In this document: positions 1 to 14,887 of the stretch, piece after piece | Numbering within the stretch: the first letter of the stretch is position 1 | Layout of the letters: each line of letters begins with the position of its first letter | Program-made: the position numbers and the translations under genes | The notes under the pieces: model-generated | The model's input: the letters and a program-made list of their open reading frames with translations, nothing else | The model's database searches: none | What the model was told of the DNA's origin: nothing | Origin: Chrysomallon squamiferum | Taxonomy: Eukaryota > Animalia > Mollusca | DNA: 64,000 nucleotides | Reading direction: 5' to 3' | Assembly: GCA_012295275.1 (NCBI GenBank) | Contig: CM022672.1 | Span: 14,570,001-14,634,000, forward strand

Positions 1-89
1 AAACTAAAATAATGTTTTGTTTATGAATAACAACAACAGTAACAGCAAACATAAAACAAATACAGTTGAGCTTTATGTCCATAGAAAAA

Positions 90-520
90 CAACAACAACT
101 ACAAATAACCTTTTGTTTTTAGCAAAAATCCCATAAGGTAAAACCTAAGGTAATCTATTGTCTTTAGCAAAACTACTATAAAGTAAAAAACTAAAATAAC
201 CTACAGTCATTAGCAAAAAATAAAAAAAAAAAAAAAAAAAAAAAAGCAAAATCTATGAAAATCTATTGTCTTTAGAAAAAATCCCATAAACTAAAACTTT
301 AGATAACCTACTGTATTTAGCAAAGATTAATATAATCTATTGCCTTTAGAAAAAAAAAAAAATAATAAATAATAATAATAATAATAAAAAAATTAAAAAA
401 AAAAAAAAAATAGAAAGAGTAATAACGAAGCTTTCGACATTGATAAAAAATACCGAGACAACCTTTTTTGTCTTTTGCAAAAACTACCACAAAGCAGAAA
501 CTAAGATAGCTTTTAATGAT
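90..520. repeat. Degenerate ~40 bp minisatellite
   Basis: Recurrent unit ataa(c/t)cta(c/t)tgtctttagcaaaaa...ataaa..aaaac, interrupted by poly-A runs. Confidence 0.6.
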
Positions 521-873
521 CAGAAAAAAAAAAAAAAAAAAAAAAAAGAAAAAAAAGAAACCTTCATTTAGCAGAGAAGTTTTAATTTGTCTAGCAGTGA
601 AACGTTGGCCATTAGCTCTCACTTAGTGATATGATATTACAATTGCTCACAAGGACAGACTTTGTTTGACACGACTTTTCACCCTATTTACATCGTCAGC
701 GGTTAATGGGGCGAGAAATGATTAACTGAGTTTACGACGTATTTCACTCTCTCCCATCGGCTCCTTTAATTGTCCCACAGTCTTCCCAGATCAATGTTGC
801 CATTGACAACAAGATTGATGGTTCCAGCCGATTAGTAAATAAGTAAGATAGATAGAAGGGTTAAAAGATGGAG

Positions 874-911
<38 letters not shown>

Positions 912-1008
912 CTCTCTCTCTTACGGTTATTTTGTGCTTTCGAGAATGGATTGATGGTTCAAAAGAAATTAATGGGGTTGTTTTCAGTTTTGGGGTGTAG
1001 TGTTGTGT

Positions 1009-1035
1009 GGGCGGGTGGGTGGGTGGGTGGGAGGG
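1009..1035 (+). other. G-quadruplex-forming motif
   Basis: gggcgggtgggtgggtgggtgggaggg: seven G3 tracts with 1-nt loops. Confidence 0.7.
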
Positions 1036-1857
1036 CTTGAATTAATTTAAGTTGAGTGAGATTGATAATTTATGTTGATTATTGATAATCGTTTATACAT
1101 GTAGCTATTTATAATGTTAGTTGTTATTTTTATTTTTATTTTTATTTTTTTTTTTTTTTTTTTTATTTGGTTTTATTTAGATGATTATTATTTTTTTTTT
1201 TTTGTCATTTTATTATTATTTTTTTTTTTTTCAGAATTACACAGAAAAAAGATTTAAAGTCCATTCATTAAGACAAACTTTCCCTATAAAATAATGTACA
1301 AAATTATCTTTGTTATCCTAAAAATATTTAAATAGAAAGCACAGTTTAACGTAAATATAAACCTTAAATATAAAATTATAAAGGCCATAATAAATTTCAT
1401 TTTCATGTAATAATCTTTTGCTTCCACATTTTTTCATTGTATTTTATTTATCAGCACACACAATAAAAATAAAGAGTAGTAAATATATAAATAAACAAAT
1501 AAATAAACAAATAAATAAATAAATAAATAAACATGTAATTTCTCGTTATGGATATATAGTATTTATTATCTATTTACGAATTTCCTTGTTGTAAAGTTTA
1601 AAATTGTTAAGTAGACAATCATGCACATAAAAAAGCGAATACACACCCACATATATCTACTTACTTAACAACTACCCTAAGGATAAATGAATACTTAAAA
1701 CCATTACATAAATCAATAAAGATAGGTTGACGTGTTGGTTCTCGCTATTTTATGTGACTTTACTACACGGTACGTCATAAAACATCATAAAACGTCATCA
1801 AGTTAAGCCACATTTCTTTTTTATTTGTACCTCGGACGTCGAGAACAAAAAAAAACA

Positions 1858-1889
<32 letters not shown>

Positions 1890-2710
1890 AATAAGACGAA
1901 TAGCTCACAAATGGCTTGCTAATTGCTAAAAAGATTTTGTCGCGATCAGCATCAAAACGTATGATGAGTATTTTTTCTTTCTTTCTTTTTTCTTTTTTTT
2001 TATCCTTGTCTTTCTCGATTCATTTATCAAGATCAAAGCCTTTCCGAGATAAACCGACAAATCACGAGATTTGAATAGCCAGCGCGAGACTTGGCAGCCC
2101 GATGATTGGCTCTTTACACTTCGTAAATACCGCGATCCCTCGCGCGCATACACCCGCGGGTTTAATCGGGCAGAGTATGATGTGACTTTCAGATAATTAG
2201 CGTAAATAACAATAAACAAGATCTTTTTCATACTGCCTTTAATAGCATTTAAACGCGAGTTTAATGGCTTCAAAAGGTCATTAATTGCACACACATTATG
2301 ACATCTGTTAAAGGGCGGTAATCGAACCGACGTCCATTTCCTTTGAGCGCGAGGATTTCGACTCGATGACGTAATATCTACTGCTACCATGTGGACGGCG
2401 CTTTGCTATGGCTTCCAGCTGAAAAGACACTGCGAAAGAGTTACAAAAGCTATCCATTAATCCGTTTATAGGTCTGTCACGGATTCAGACGTGTTGAAGT
2501 GGGCTCCGGGTTGAAGTATTTGTCAAGAAGAAGAAAAAAAAAAAAAAACAACACCTGTTTCGAATTCTGAGAAAAGTTCGAGATATAGCAATTTTGTTAA
2601 TACTAAGTGGATCACGATGATTTTAAAGTTCATGTGCGAATAATAATTTTCTAGGATACGAATATCTTAGATTTAAAAAAAAAAAAAAAAAACTATTGAA
2701 ATCTATTTAA

Positions 2711-2862
2711 ATGTTAATGATATCAATCGTAGTGGAAATTTTTAATTTTTAAACAAATTTTCTGAAATGGTTGCCCTCTCTCTCTCTTTTACTCTCTCTC
2801 TCATCGATCTATCTATCCATCTATGTCTCTCTCAGAAACAAATAATTAATCTTCAAATATTT

Positions 2863-2944
<82 letters not shown>
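2711..2944 (+). repeat. Dispersed repeat A, copy 1, ending in (CT)n
   Basis: Aligns with 6241-6600: atgtta.tgatatca.tcgtagt.gaa...tttttaaacaaatttt...ctctcttttactctct...ctctctcagaaacaaa. Confidence 0.8.
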
Positions 2945-2948
<4 letters not shown>

Positions 2949-3111
2949 TAATTATATATACCGGAATGCCAAAACTGTTACTGGAACCTATAATCGTGAA
3001 ACATTAGTTCTCCAACACACATTATATAGCAGGAATAAAACGTTACAAACATTTTGAAAATCAGCTCGTAAAGGTTTGAGTTTTCTTTCTTTTTCTGATG
3101 TAACAGAAATA

Positions 3112-3165
<54 letters not shown>

Positions 3166-3849
3166 TTGTGTGTGAATGTGTTCTTTTACAGGTATTTAAT
3201 ATATTAATTTAATTTCAATAAGTATTAATATAAAGTTAAAATCATTAATGAATGAATGCGTGCGATCAAAGATTCATAAAATCTATGAAAAAGTGAATGA
3301 ACATATCAGAGAACGAACGAATGAACAAACGAATGAACAAACAAATAAACAAGTACAAATGAGTTAATTAACTCGTCAAACAAAGTTTCAAAAAGCACAC
3401 AAAAAAAAAAATAATGAATGAATAAATGAACATAAAAAAAGCAAACAAATGTCAAAGTACGATTAAACATAGAAAATGAACGAACTATAAATAAAACAAA
3501 GACAACAAACAACAACAGCAATCAGTTTAAGGAAACAACACACACACACACACATGTATATATATATATATATATAAAATAACCTATGCTACAAACTTAA
3601 CCAGGAGCAGATGATCAAAAATGAACTATTAACACATGTTAAGCAGGAAACTACACATCTTGAATAAACTGACAATAACCTACACGTCGTAGAACGGAAT
3701 ACATACACAGCAGAACGGAACATACACACAGCAGAACGGAAAAGCCCACCGAGAACAGTCTTGAGCACAACAAGAAGTCTGCAGTGAAACAAAACAGCGT
3801 TATCAGTGTTTACACTCATTTAAGATGAATGTACACAATTGTATTATTA

Positions 3850-4093
3850 TTAATAGTACTAGTAGTTGTCGTAATATCTTTATCATCATAATCGACAGTA
3901 GTAGTAGAAGTAGCAGTAGTAGTAATAGTAATAGTAGTAGTAGTAGTAGTAGTAATAGTAGTAATAGTAGTAGTAGTTGTCGTAATAGTAGTAGTAGTTG
4001 TAATATCTTTATCATCATAATCGACAGTAGTAGCAGAAGTGGCAGTAGTAGTAATAGTAGTAGTAGTGGTAATATTATCATCATTATCAACAC

Positions 4094-4132
<39 letters not shown>

Positions 4133-4170
4133 TACTACTACTACTACTATTTCCTTTATCTAACTTCGTC

Positions 4171-4230
<60 letters not shown>

Positions 4231-4280
4231 TAATAATAATAATAATAACAACAACAATAACAGCAACAACAATAATAAAA
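3850..4280. repeat. Compound (AGT)n/(ATT)n/(AAT)n microsatellite with an internal duplication
   Basis: taatatctttatcatcataatcgacagtagtag occurs twice (about 3871 and 4001). Confidence 0.9.
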
Positions 4281-4582
4281 TATGTACAATATAATTGTCA
4301 ATGTAAATTATTATAATTGTTTTGTTTTATCCAGATGAGTTTATTATTAAAGCCATTATATTTACATTTAATGCTATAGTTTAACTACACATGAAGACAG
4401 AAAGTTGGTAATTTTTCAACCAAGAAATAAATAAATACACAAAGAATTATTAATTAATTTTAAAAATAAATATAAAAACAAACAAATAAACAAGTAATAT
4501 AAAAGTGAATCAATAAGTATTGGGTAATACTACCAATATTACTCTGCCTATGAAATAATTATACTGACAACGAAATAATAAA

Positions 4583-4623
<41 letters not shown>

Positions 4624-4746
4624 TAATAATAATACGGGAAAAAAAGAAGAAGAAGAAGTTAAAAAAAAAACATAGAAAAGTCACGCCATTCTACATAAAT
4701 ATAAGCTTAAGTCATATTCATAATAAAATTCATATTCTAAATTAAA

Positions 4747-4832
4747 TTTTGTTAGTAAAACAACTAAACCTATAATTATAACGAAACATTTTGTTTGTAA
4801 AATAACTATACCTATAATTATAACGAAACATT
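4747..4832. repeat. 42 bp tandem duplication
   Basis: ttttgtt.gtaaaa.aacta.acctataattataacgaaaca occurs twice. Confidence 0.85.
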
Positions 4833-5277
4833 ATATAAGACAATCTGTTAAACATTTATTAGAAGATTATAACAAAATTTACTTTATTTTACTATCGAAA
4901 ATATCATCCTTTCTTAATGATCGTGACTGTGAAATAGAAAAAAAAAAATAATATTTTATCGAAAAGTCAAACATTTTGATGCGCAAAATTTTTCCTATAT
5001 CTTTGTTTCGTACACACTTCGTCAAAATAATTTTAATTTTCATTGTAATTGTATTTATAAAAAGGTTTACGCTTTTAATTGTTTACAAATTTATGTTTTA
5101 ATTGTCGTGACGTCACTGTATTATACTTCCTTAACGATGAGGTAATTTGTAAATGGAACTGAAGAATCTGTCTAAATAAAACTGTTGAAAGGTTTATTTT
5201 TATATTTTATGTTTTATTTTATTTTATTATTATTATTTTTTTTAAGCAAATAAATGTTATTTTTCGTTCCTTAATGC

Positions 5278-5308
<31 letters not shown>

Positions 5309-5421
5309 AAATTAATTAATAATTATTATATTTTCTTTAAACTTTTATTTTTTTTCTTTCTTCCCCCATTATCGTGCTGTTTTATTTTTCTTGCTGATTT
5401 AGTTTCTTCGGATGTTATTAA

Positions 5422-5462
<41 letters not shown>

Positions 5463-5539
5463 ACTTATTTATTTATTTATTTGTTATTTATATATTTATT
5501 ATTTTAATTATTTTTATAAAATATATTTAATATTCCACA

Positions 5540-5584
<45 letters not shown>

Positions 5585-6240
5585 ATATCCATAATCACTA
5601 ACACGTTTTCTGCACAAACAATACAAACATCTTTTCACAAACGCATCGCACAGTGCAGTCTGGGTAATACCAATAACTCTGGCATTACTTTCAGCTTAAT
5701 TTTCCCTCTCCTCAATTTTCCCTTGCAGCAAATTGCACGAGAAGACGGTAAATAAGACATTCGCCCAGTTTGGAAGAAAATTTATTTTTAAGGGGTCAGA
5801 ACCGACTACGACAGTTTATCACTGGTACCGTTTTGCGGCAGCCGGTCGAGTGACAATCACCTCAATATTAGGATAATTCTCTCCCTTGGCTGAGTGATGA
5901 GCACATTAATTGATTTCCAACGATATTCGTATATATTAGCAGCCGTTTCGGCACAAAGAACAAGTATTTTGAATTTCCTTAAAAGCGATGCAGATGTGAT
6001 AAAATATTCCGTAACCAGATTTCCTGACAAGTCGAGATGAGAGAAGCGGTGTCTTGTCTGGAGCAAAGAAATGTTTTATTACTTTTTTGTTGGACAATTT
6101 CTTCTTCGTCTTTTTTTTTTTTTTTTTTTTTTTTTTGTTGTTGTTGCTGGTTATTTGGTGGAGATTTTAAATCCGAACAGAATTAAAGTGTGGGTTTTTC
6201 TTTGTTTAATATTTGTTTCGTTTTAATCCTGTCATTTTAT

Positions 6241-6620
<380 letters not shown>

Positions 6621-9600
6621 TCTCTCGCTCGCTTCCTCTCTCTTTCCCTCTCTCTCATTTACATACAGACATAGAAACATACGCACATATAACAAAAAAA
6701 AAAAAAAAACATAAAAACATACAAAAATAAACCTAGATACATACATTTGAACCGCGAGACGATTTTTGAGAAAAAAAACTGTGTAACACGGAACACATAT
6801 ACGCGTGTGTACAGGAATCATTTATTATTTTCTTACTGCGTCTTTATTTCTGCAGTGATTAAATTATTCTTCAACCTCCAGCAGACACTTTCAGGTTAAA
6901 GTTTCTTACTCCAGCGTTTTAAACTCCGCCTTTTTTTTTTTTTTTTTTTTCTGCTGCTGCTGCGAAACAAACTTTCGTACTCGCAGCCTGCGCCTCGTGC
7001 ACGGCGCGAGACAAGAGTAACGAGGATTGATTGCTGGAAATCAGGAAAACTAGCGAGTAATCATGATTAATCTGCGACATCAGTGTCATTAATCCACGGT
7101 CTCATTTCATCACACCCATCGCAAGGGAAATTAATTCTTAATTCGATTGCAACAAATTTTAGTACCTCCCAGGGGTAAATTTAATAAAGAGCGTCACAGC
7201 CGAACACATTTCTGTTCACTTTACACGCCCGTCACGTCTTAGGACATGATGGCAGCGACGTCTGGTCAACCGAGGAGTGCTCTGATGACGTCCCTGAGCA
7301 TCGACGTTGACAAATCAGGTTACGCTGGGGTTTTTTTGTTTAGGAGGAAACAACCACAGAAAAAAATACCACAAGACGCTTCCGGTTTATTGAAAATAAC
7401 CTATTTTTAATGGTTGCAATTATTTCTGATTTTGTTTTGGTTTCTTTCTTTTTTTTTTCTTTCTGTCTTTCTGGCTTTTTTTTATATTTTTTTTAATTAT
7501 TTATTTTTTTTCTTCTTGTTTTTATCTTTTTGTACTTTTTAAATGTTATTTAATTTCTTTCCACTCGGTTCGTACAAGTTTAAATTTAGAAGATGAATGA
7601 ATGATAATATTTTTAAAAAGTTTATTAACGGTAGCAGCATATTTATTTATTTATTTATTTATTTACTTACTTACTTATTATTTTTTATTTTTTTATTTAT
7701 TATAAATATAATTTAAATAAACATTGGTGTTTTTTTGTTGCTTATTATGAGTTCTGTTATGTTAGATACGTTAGTAGTAGCAGTAGTAATAGAAGTAGTT
7801 GTAGAGTAATTGTAGTAGTAACAGTAGTAGTGGTAGCAGTAGTAGTAGCAGTAGTAATAGCAGTAGTGGTAGCAGTAGTAGTAGTAGTAGGTAATAGTAG
7901 TAGTAGTAGTAATAGTAGTAGTAATACAAATACTTACTTTTTGTCTTGTGTTTTGTAATAAATATTGAGCCAATAAAATATTTCGTTATTTATTTCTAAT
8001 TTTATTTATTTATTTTATTTATTTATTTATTTATTTATTTATTATATATTATCCAACTATCTTTATTCAATTAATAATTATGCAGGCTTTGGTCATCCTT
8101 TCTGAAACCGCCAATGTGATTGATTCTCTAAATTTAGAAATTATTTATAATAATTTTCTGCTTTGAGATTTAAAAAAAATATATATTGAAGATGCTTTAA
8201 AACTAATTGTAATGTGTATTTATTTACCCATGTTAAGAAACATTATTTAGATACATTATATTACTTCTGACTACCTCACTTACATTTATTCGTATGAACA
8301 ATTGTCCAGTATTTTTTTTTATTAAAAGAAAAACTAATATATCTCTTTTGGTTCCTTTAATATTTAGATTTTTATTTTTAACAAAAAAATAGATGTAAAT
8401 TATATTTCTTAAAAACCATTTCAAAGTTGTCAATTTAAACTACCCAGCAACAAAAGCTTTTTTTTTTCTTTTTCTTTAGATTTACTGCTGCTAAAGAGAA
8501 TGCGTATTCATAACTAAGATTAGCAACGTGACAGCAATATAACAGATCATGACCATTCTCGACAAAAAGTCTGATACATATTAACAAAGCTCATTTATTT
8601 TTTTTTTCTTTCCATTTTTTCATCTTGATTTTTTTCCTTTATTTTTTGTTCTTTTTTTTTTTTTTTTTTTTTTTTTTCTTCAATGATATTTCAGATGGTG
8701 AAGTAAAAAAACCCCAGAAAAGTGCTATCTCCTACAATGAGAGATTTGCGCTGCTATCCATCAAAATGATTCTTCGTTATCCGATAAGGAGCACTCAACT
8801 CCGGTTCATTATGACAAGTATATTGTGCGAAAGAGATCCCACTCCACTGCAGAATGCTTCGTCAATGTCACTCTCGATCCTAACATATTTCTCGAAATGC
8901 GATTTGGAAACAGTACCATCGGTATGAAGACAAAAGAAGCACTGAGGGGTTAACCTAAAAGACGCGCAAATTACGTTAAAGCATCGGCAGCTGCAAATAA
9001 ATGATCATGGAACGTCGTGGCGGGCAACTGCTGGAAACCTCTGTGGCGACTCATCCAGTCAGTTTGGCGCGGGGCCGCTTCTGTACCGTGGAGGAAAATT
9101 TATCAATCAAGCTCCCAGTCTTTTGTTCCGTAGCTGCTGGGATAAAAAAAAAAAAAAAAAAATGTTGACTAGTTAGAAAAGCATATTTGTCAAAAGTAGA
9201 TCGTGAATGCTAGTTTGAATTAAGTAGTGCGCAGCTCTCCCCATCCCCTACCCCTCGTAGTGGTCTCAAAGCGTGTGGGAAAAGGCAGACCATTTAGACG
9301 ATGAACTGGCGTCAAAAGACGCGGGCTGAAGCTCTCTTTTGGAGAGGTGATTTATTAGCCCAAGTTAGCGATATTAACTGGCGAGGGCTACCTGATACGA
9401 GTTAATTGAAGACAATTTGCAGGCCCGCTCTGCTACTGTAATGCTGATTACGTCAAAGCGGTGCCCCTCAACAGAATAAGGGACAAAGTTAATGAGCAAG
9501 GGACAGATCCCAGAGGATTCTGTCCGCTGCAAGATGGCCGGGCGTTTCATTCTGCACATCTCTGCCTCCAGACTGCGTGTTCTCTTTGTCTGAGTTTAAT

Positions 9601-10559
9601 TCCGCTGTATCAAATAATTGAAATTTTGATCTCTAAAAACAAAGTACTGAGACTTCCTTGAATTATTTTTTTTATAACTGAGATCCGTATTTTTTTAATT
9701 TCTTATTTTTGAAGACAGGTTTTAAACGAAATTTAAAAGCACTGTTATTGTTGTTATTGTTATTACACTGTTGTTCTTGTTTGTTTATTTGTTTGGTTGT
9801 TTTTTATTGAGTTGATTGAACTACATAGTGAATCGTTTAAAAGCTTTCTTCATTAACAATTATAAATTGATTGGAAAGGTTTATTTGAAATTTTAAAAGA
9901 AGAAAAAAATATATATATGAATTCAGTTTATATTAAAGTTAAATTAAATTTAGATTTAGGTGCTGAAACGTGTAGCATTTGTGTGTGTCTCTCTGAATGT
10001 GTGAATGTCGAGTAAATTTAAAGAATAAATATGGATAATTATTTATATATCAGTATTTGAGTCTAAATGCATGTATCAGTTATATTTGCATTAACTATAT
10101 ATCTGTATTATTTCTTTTGTTCGTTCATTTCAGTAGCATATACATCACAAAGATGAAAGAGAACAAATGACACTTTGTTGTGATTTTAATTTGCAACACA
10201 ATAAAAAACATAAACATCATAGAATTACAGGAAAGTTCCACACATATTAGAAATCACAGTCTCTAATATTTTATTTATATTGCAGTTAATAAACGGATTT
10301 ACTTTGTTTCAGCAAGGTCCGTTTTTGAAATTACTTTAAACTACGAACTGACTTTAACATAGAGTAATTATAAAACGTTAAACATTCGATGTTTGTATGT
10401 CTTTAAGTTATATATATCCTTTGGTATATTGCTAAGTATAATAAAATAATTGCTATGTTTCTGGGGGGGTTTTTTGTTAAAGAAAAGAACAAAACAAAAT
10501 CAAGAAATGAGAGAAATGTCAAGTAATGTGCATATAAAACTAAATAATTTTTTCAATAA

Positions 10560-10629
10560 TTTAAAACATTTAAATACTTTTTTATATATTTATAAAATTT
10601 TCCGGTAAAATTCAATCTCTGAAATTGTA

Positions 10630-10685
<56 letters not shown>

Positions 10686-10760
10686 TATAAGTTTTAAAAC
10701 ATTTAAAAACTTTTTTATATATTTATAAAATTTTCCTGTAAAATTCAATCTCAGAAAATT
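10560..10760. repeat. ~65 bp direct repeats flanking a long poly-A tract
   Basis: tttaaaacatttaaa.acttttt(t)atatatttataaaattttcc.gtaaaattcaatctc.gaaa at about 10560 and 10692, with A-rich 10629-10683 between them. Confidence 0.85.
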
Positions 10761-12943
10761 CAAAAGATAAAAAGAAAAAAGAAATGAAGTAAAATAAATG
10801 AAACTTTTCTCGTTTATTGCAAATAAAATGTTCTATTTAGAAAAAAAACAAATGTCTTTGATTTAAATAAATAATCAACAGTTATTATATTAATAGTTTA
10901 CATTTTACAACACTTTAGTCTACAGTCTGAGTGACAGATAGTTTCCAGGATCGAATACCGAAAAGGACTTGAGAAAGCGTAAGACATTTTTACTTGTTCT
11001 TTTCGTTCGAATAAACCCAAGCGCTGACGTTGCCAGTGAGAACTCTGTGTTATGAGTACAAAACACTGGTTTTAAACCATCAGCAAATTTAAACACGTTT
11101 TAAAGATACATCATTTTTTTAAATTTTTATACTTAAATCATTGAATTTAATATCTTTGAAATAGAAAAAATAGGTTTGATGAATATAAAATTTAAAATAA
11201 TATAAATATAAATTTATAAATATATAAATATAAATATAAATATAAATATAAAATATAAATAAATAAATAACTATAAAATGAAATAAAATAATTAGAAAAT
11301 GAAATAAAATAGTAAGCTGGTAAAAGAAAATGTATTTATAAACATATTCAGTAGTTTTTTAAACGTAACAACGTTTAGGTCAGTGATGGTTTTAAAAACT
11401 CATAACAGCTAATACAAACTCAAATGATGAAATAACTATGTTACATTTGTTACATTTCTATTACGTACAGTCACTCTCTAGCTTCACTAACATCATGCAC
11501 TATCCGGTTCTCGTTATTCTGACCAAATTAATCTTTAAAAGATGTCAGAAGATTTTGGTGCTGTTTAAATTGGTTTTCGATTTGGAATTTTGTTTCTTTT
11601 TACTTTGTATTATTTATTTACTTATTTTTTATTTATTCATTTATATCTTTCTGAACGTTGCACAAATTCTGTTTTTGTTTCTTTCTAGAAAGAACAGTAA
11701 AACTTTCAATTGAAAAAAATTATATTATAATAATAATAATAATAATAATAATAATTAAAATCATGCAAATTAATCTTAGATTTAATAAAATCATCAAAAA
11801 AAAAAAAAAACGACCCACTACCGTTTTTAAAAACACCGGGCTTTTGTCATCTTTAAGCTTTCTACGCACACGTTGAATTAAATTGTACTGAAATTAAAAC
11901 TACAAGGATATTACCTAGGCAAAATCAGTGTAGATATAGAACAAAATTTAACAAAGGTTTGAAATCTTTGCCTTTATCCACACATCTAATCTCTGAATAA
12001 TATGTCTAAAGGTAACAAATGATATTCGTAACAATAGCTAACTCACTTTAGCCACAAACAACAGTTTTTTTGCAGTTTTATGCGATTAAGTCTGCAGATG
12101 TAAAAATTATAGCAATCTTTGGAATTATTTGCACTGGCTGGTAACAATATCTTAGCCTAGTGAATTTCGTAAAATAAATAATTTTTACTGAGATTAATTT
12201 TTCAAGTGTTAGATTTTTAAATAATAGGGAGAGTTATTTTTTAATTAGTAATAGTATTTTTTTATTATTATTATTATTATTTTGTTGTTGTTTTTTTGTT
12301 TGTTTTCTCTTTTGTTGTTTTGTTGGGGTTTTTTAATTTGTATTTCACAGATTATTCATTTTAAACTTTTGGAATTAAGAATACAAAAACAAGATTAGCA
12401 TTGATGATGATAACTATAATGATGATGATGATGATGATGATGATCTCAATAGTTCTAATATAATACCAAACTGTATGTATTTATTCCAGACAGATTATTT
12501 CTTTCATGACAGATTTAGTCTTAAATAATTTTATATATCTACACACAATCGTACCATGTGTCAACTTACGTTTTATTTATGAATATTCAAAGGTCAGTGC
12601 AATTTAAAAAAATTCTATAATTTAAAAAGAAATAGAATAAAGTTTATCACTCCACAAAGACTGAGTCATGATCAACCAAAATTCCTTAATAATAATAATA
12701 ACAATAATAATAAAAATAATAATAATAATAACAACAACACTATTAGTAATAGTAATATTCAGAAACAAATGACAGTTTCTGCATCAGCAGCAAACTACAT
12801 CTGGTGTCGGTTTGGCCTCTTCAGAACAATTAATGATCATTATCCTCTAGTACCGTATTAATCAAGCGACATTGTTAGCCGGGACAAACTTAAACAACTA
12901 ATCAGCATTTTAACCGAAGACGGAGATCAGCTTCGACTGCCAG

Positions 12944-13003
12944 CGCGTTCTCAAAAGAGGACTGCCACATCGCGTTCTCAAAAGAGGACTGCCACATCGC
13001 GTT
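12944..13003. repeat. Perfect 27 bp tandem duplication
   Basis: cgcgttctcaaaagaggactgccacat twice, then cgcgtt. Confidence 0.95.
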
Positions 13004-13338
13004 GTGTTCCGTTAACGCGCTCTGAATTGATATTCGATTTACGAACAGTTTAACACAAATCGGACTAAAGCGTCTGCCAAACAATGGAAATTAGTGAACG
13101 GTGTGCAAAAAGATTACACTTTCTTTTTGCCTTCTTTACCACATGATTGATGTTTCTGATATCGATTTTTCTTTAATCAGATCAATGATGTTAAATATAG
13201 ACACGATTCCTAGGCGATTTTTTTTTTTCTTTTTTTTTTTTAAAACTTGTTCCAGCCTGTTGTGCATTTCTTACAAATATATCAGTAAATTATTCTGTAC
13301 TTCGAGAAGGATATGGAAATGTTCAGGGTTGAATTCTC

Positions 13339-13391
<53 letters not shown>

Positions 13392-14856
13392 TCGTTGTTG
13401 CTGTTGTCATCATAAAAATATTTTAACTACATATGTAATGAGTGTGGTTTGTAAGTATATTTCTTATTTTCATCATCATCATCATCATCACAAAGTAGTT
13501 CACTGTCTAGTAGTATATTATAAATATAAAAATCCTTCTTGCATTTTTAAAATATAAATTTTGAACAACTTATTTTTATTATGTTTTATTTTATTGTTTG
13601 GGAATTTTTCATACAGAAATTAATGGCTGAATGGCAGTTTATTAATTTTAGACGGCAAAAAGTATATATATTAAAAATAAAAAAAAAATAATTACAATGA
13701 TTTTTACCCTGTGTTAAAAAAAAAAAAAAACTACGTTAAAATGGATACAAAATAAATATTTAAAAATATATATATTTTACGCAAATGTATAATAATAGTT
13801 TTCAAACAGTAGTAGCAGTAGTAGTAGTAATAATAGTAGTAGTAGTAATAATAACAATAATTTCAAAATGTGTACGAGCTGTTGCGCTTTAACAATTTAA
13901 TGTAAAATCGTATTCACAGAAGAGAGAGTAACCGAGAAGCCAGTCTATTATTAACGAATACACTGGTTTTGATAAATGATGTTACGCCTTCATTCATTAG
14001 ATGCCTCTGCAGACAGACGTAAAAGCTGCGAAGAAACGAGGGTGATACCAGTTTACTAAATCATGGCGACCCGATAATAAATCCCTGGATACAGGGAGCG
14101 CGGAGAGACTGGGTAAACATGGATTGGTCGTGTGGGTGGTTGCCAGGTGAGGTCCCACAATCTTATCTGAACAAGGGTCGCGCGCGCGCCTGAACGCAAG
14201 TAGCGACATTCCAGATGTCTCAACAACAGAACGTTCTACAGACAGATCCAGAAGTTTTTATTATTATTATTGTTGTTGTTGTTGTTGTTAATATTATTAT
14301 TATTGTTGTTGTTATTATTTATATTATTATTATTGTTGTTGTTGTTGTTGTTGTTGTTGTTATATCTGTTCTGGATGCAGCTGCTGCTGCTGTTGCTGTT
14401 GTTGTTGTCAGTTATTTAATTATTTATTTATTTATAAAGAAAATACATTTCTTTTGAAAATCAAATGGCCACATTAAGAGCTGTTATCCTTTTCTGGAAT
14501 TCTGGATAGTCAACATTTTATATATATATAATCAGTACACAGAGTTTCAAAACCAAAGCAAAATAAACAATAAGAAAGAAATTAATATAATTTTATTTAC
14601 CCAGCTATGGATATCAAGTCCTCGTTTCTGTCGTGTATTCCCTTCCCAGGGGTATTTTTTTTTATTTTACCCCCTTTTTCAATAAATTGTTCTTGCTATT
14701 AAAACGAGAATACATATTAAAGTTTTTATATCAACAACACTAAAGACAAACTTCGCACAACGAACGTTAGTTAATGTCAAACAACAGAGCAGCACACCCG
14801 CATTGCTAAATTCAAAAACATAAAATAAAATAAAATATAATAAATAAATATATGAA

Positions 14857-14887
<31 letters not shown>

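Noticed and set aside
1926-2390. 154 aa minus-strand ORF
   Set aside because: No recognisable domain, it runs into A-rich low complexity, and it overlaps a motif-rich non-coding island. Likely a chance ORF.
12944-13003. CRISPR-like direct repeats
   Set aside because: Adjacent copies have no spacers, there are no cas genes, and the context is eukaryotic.
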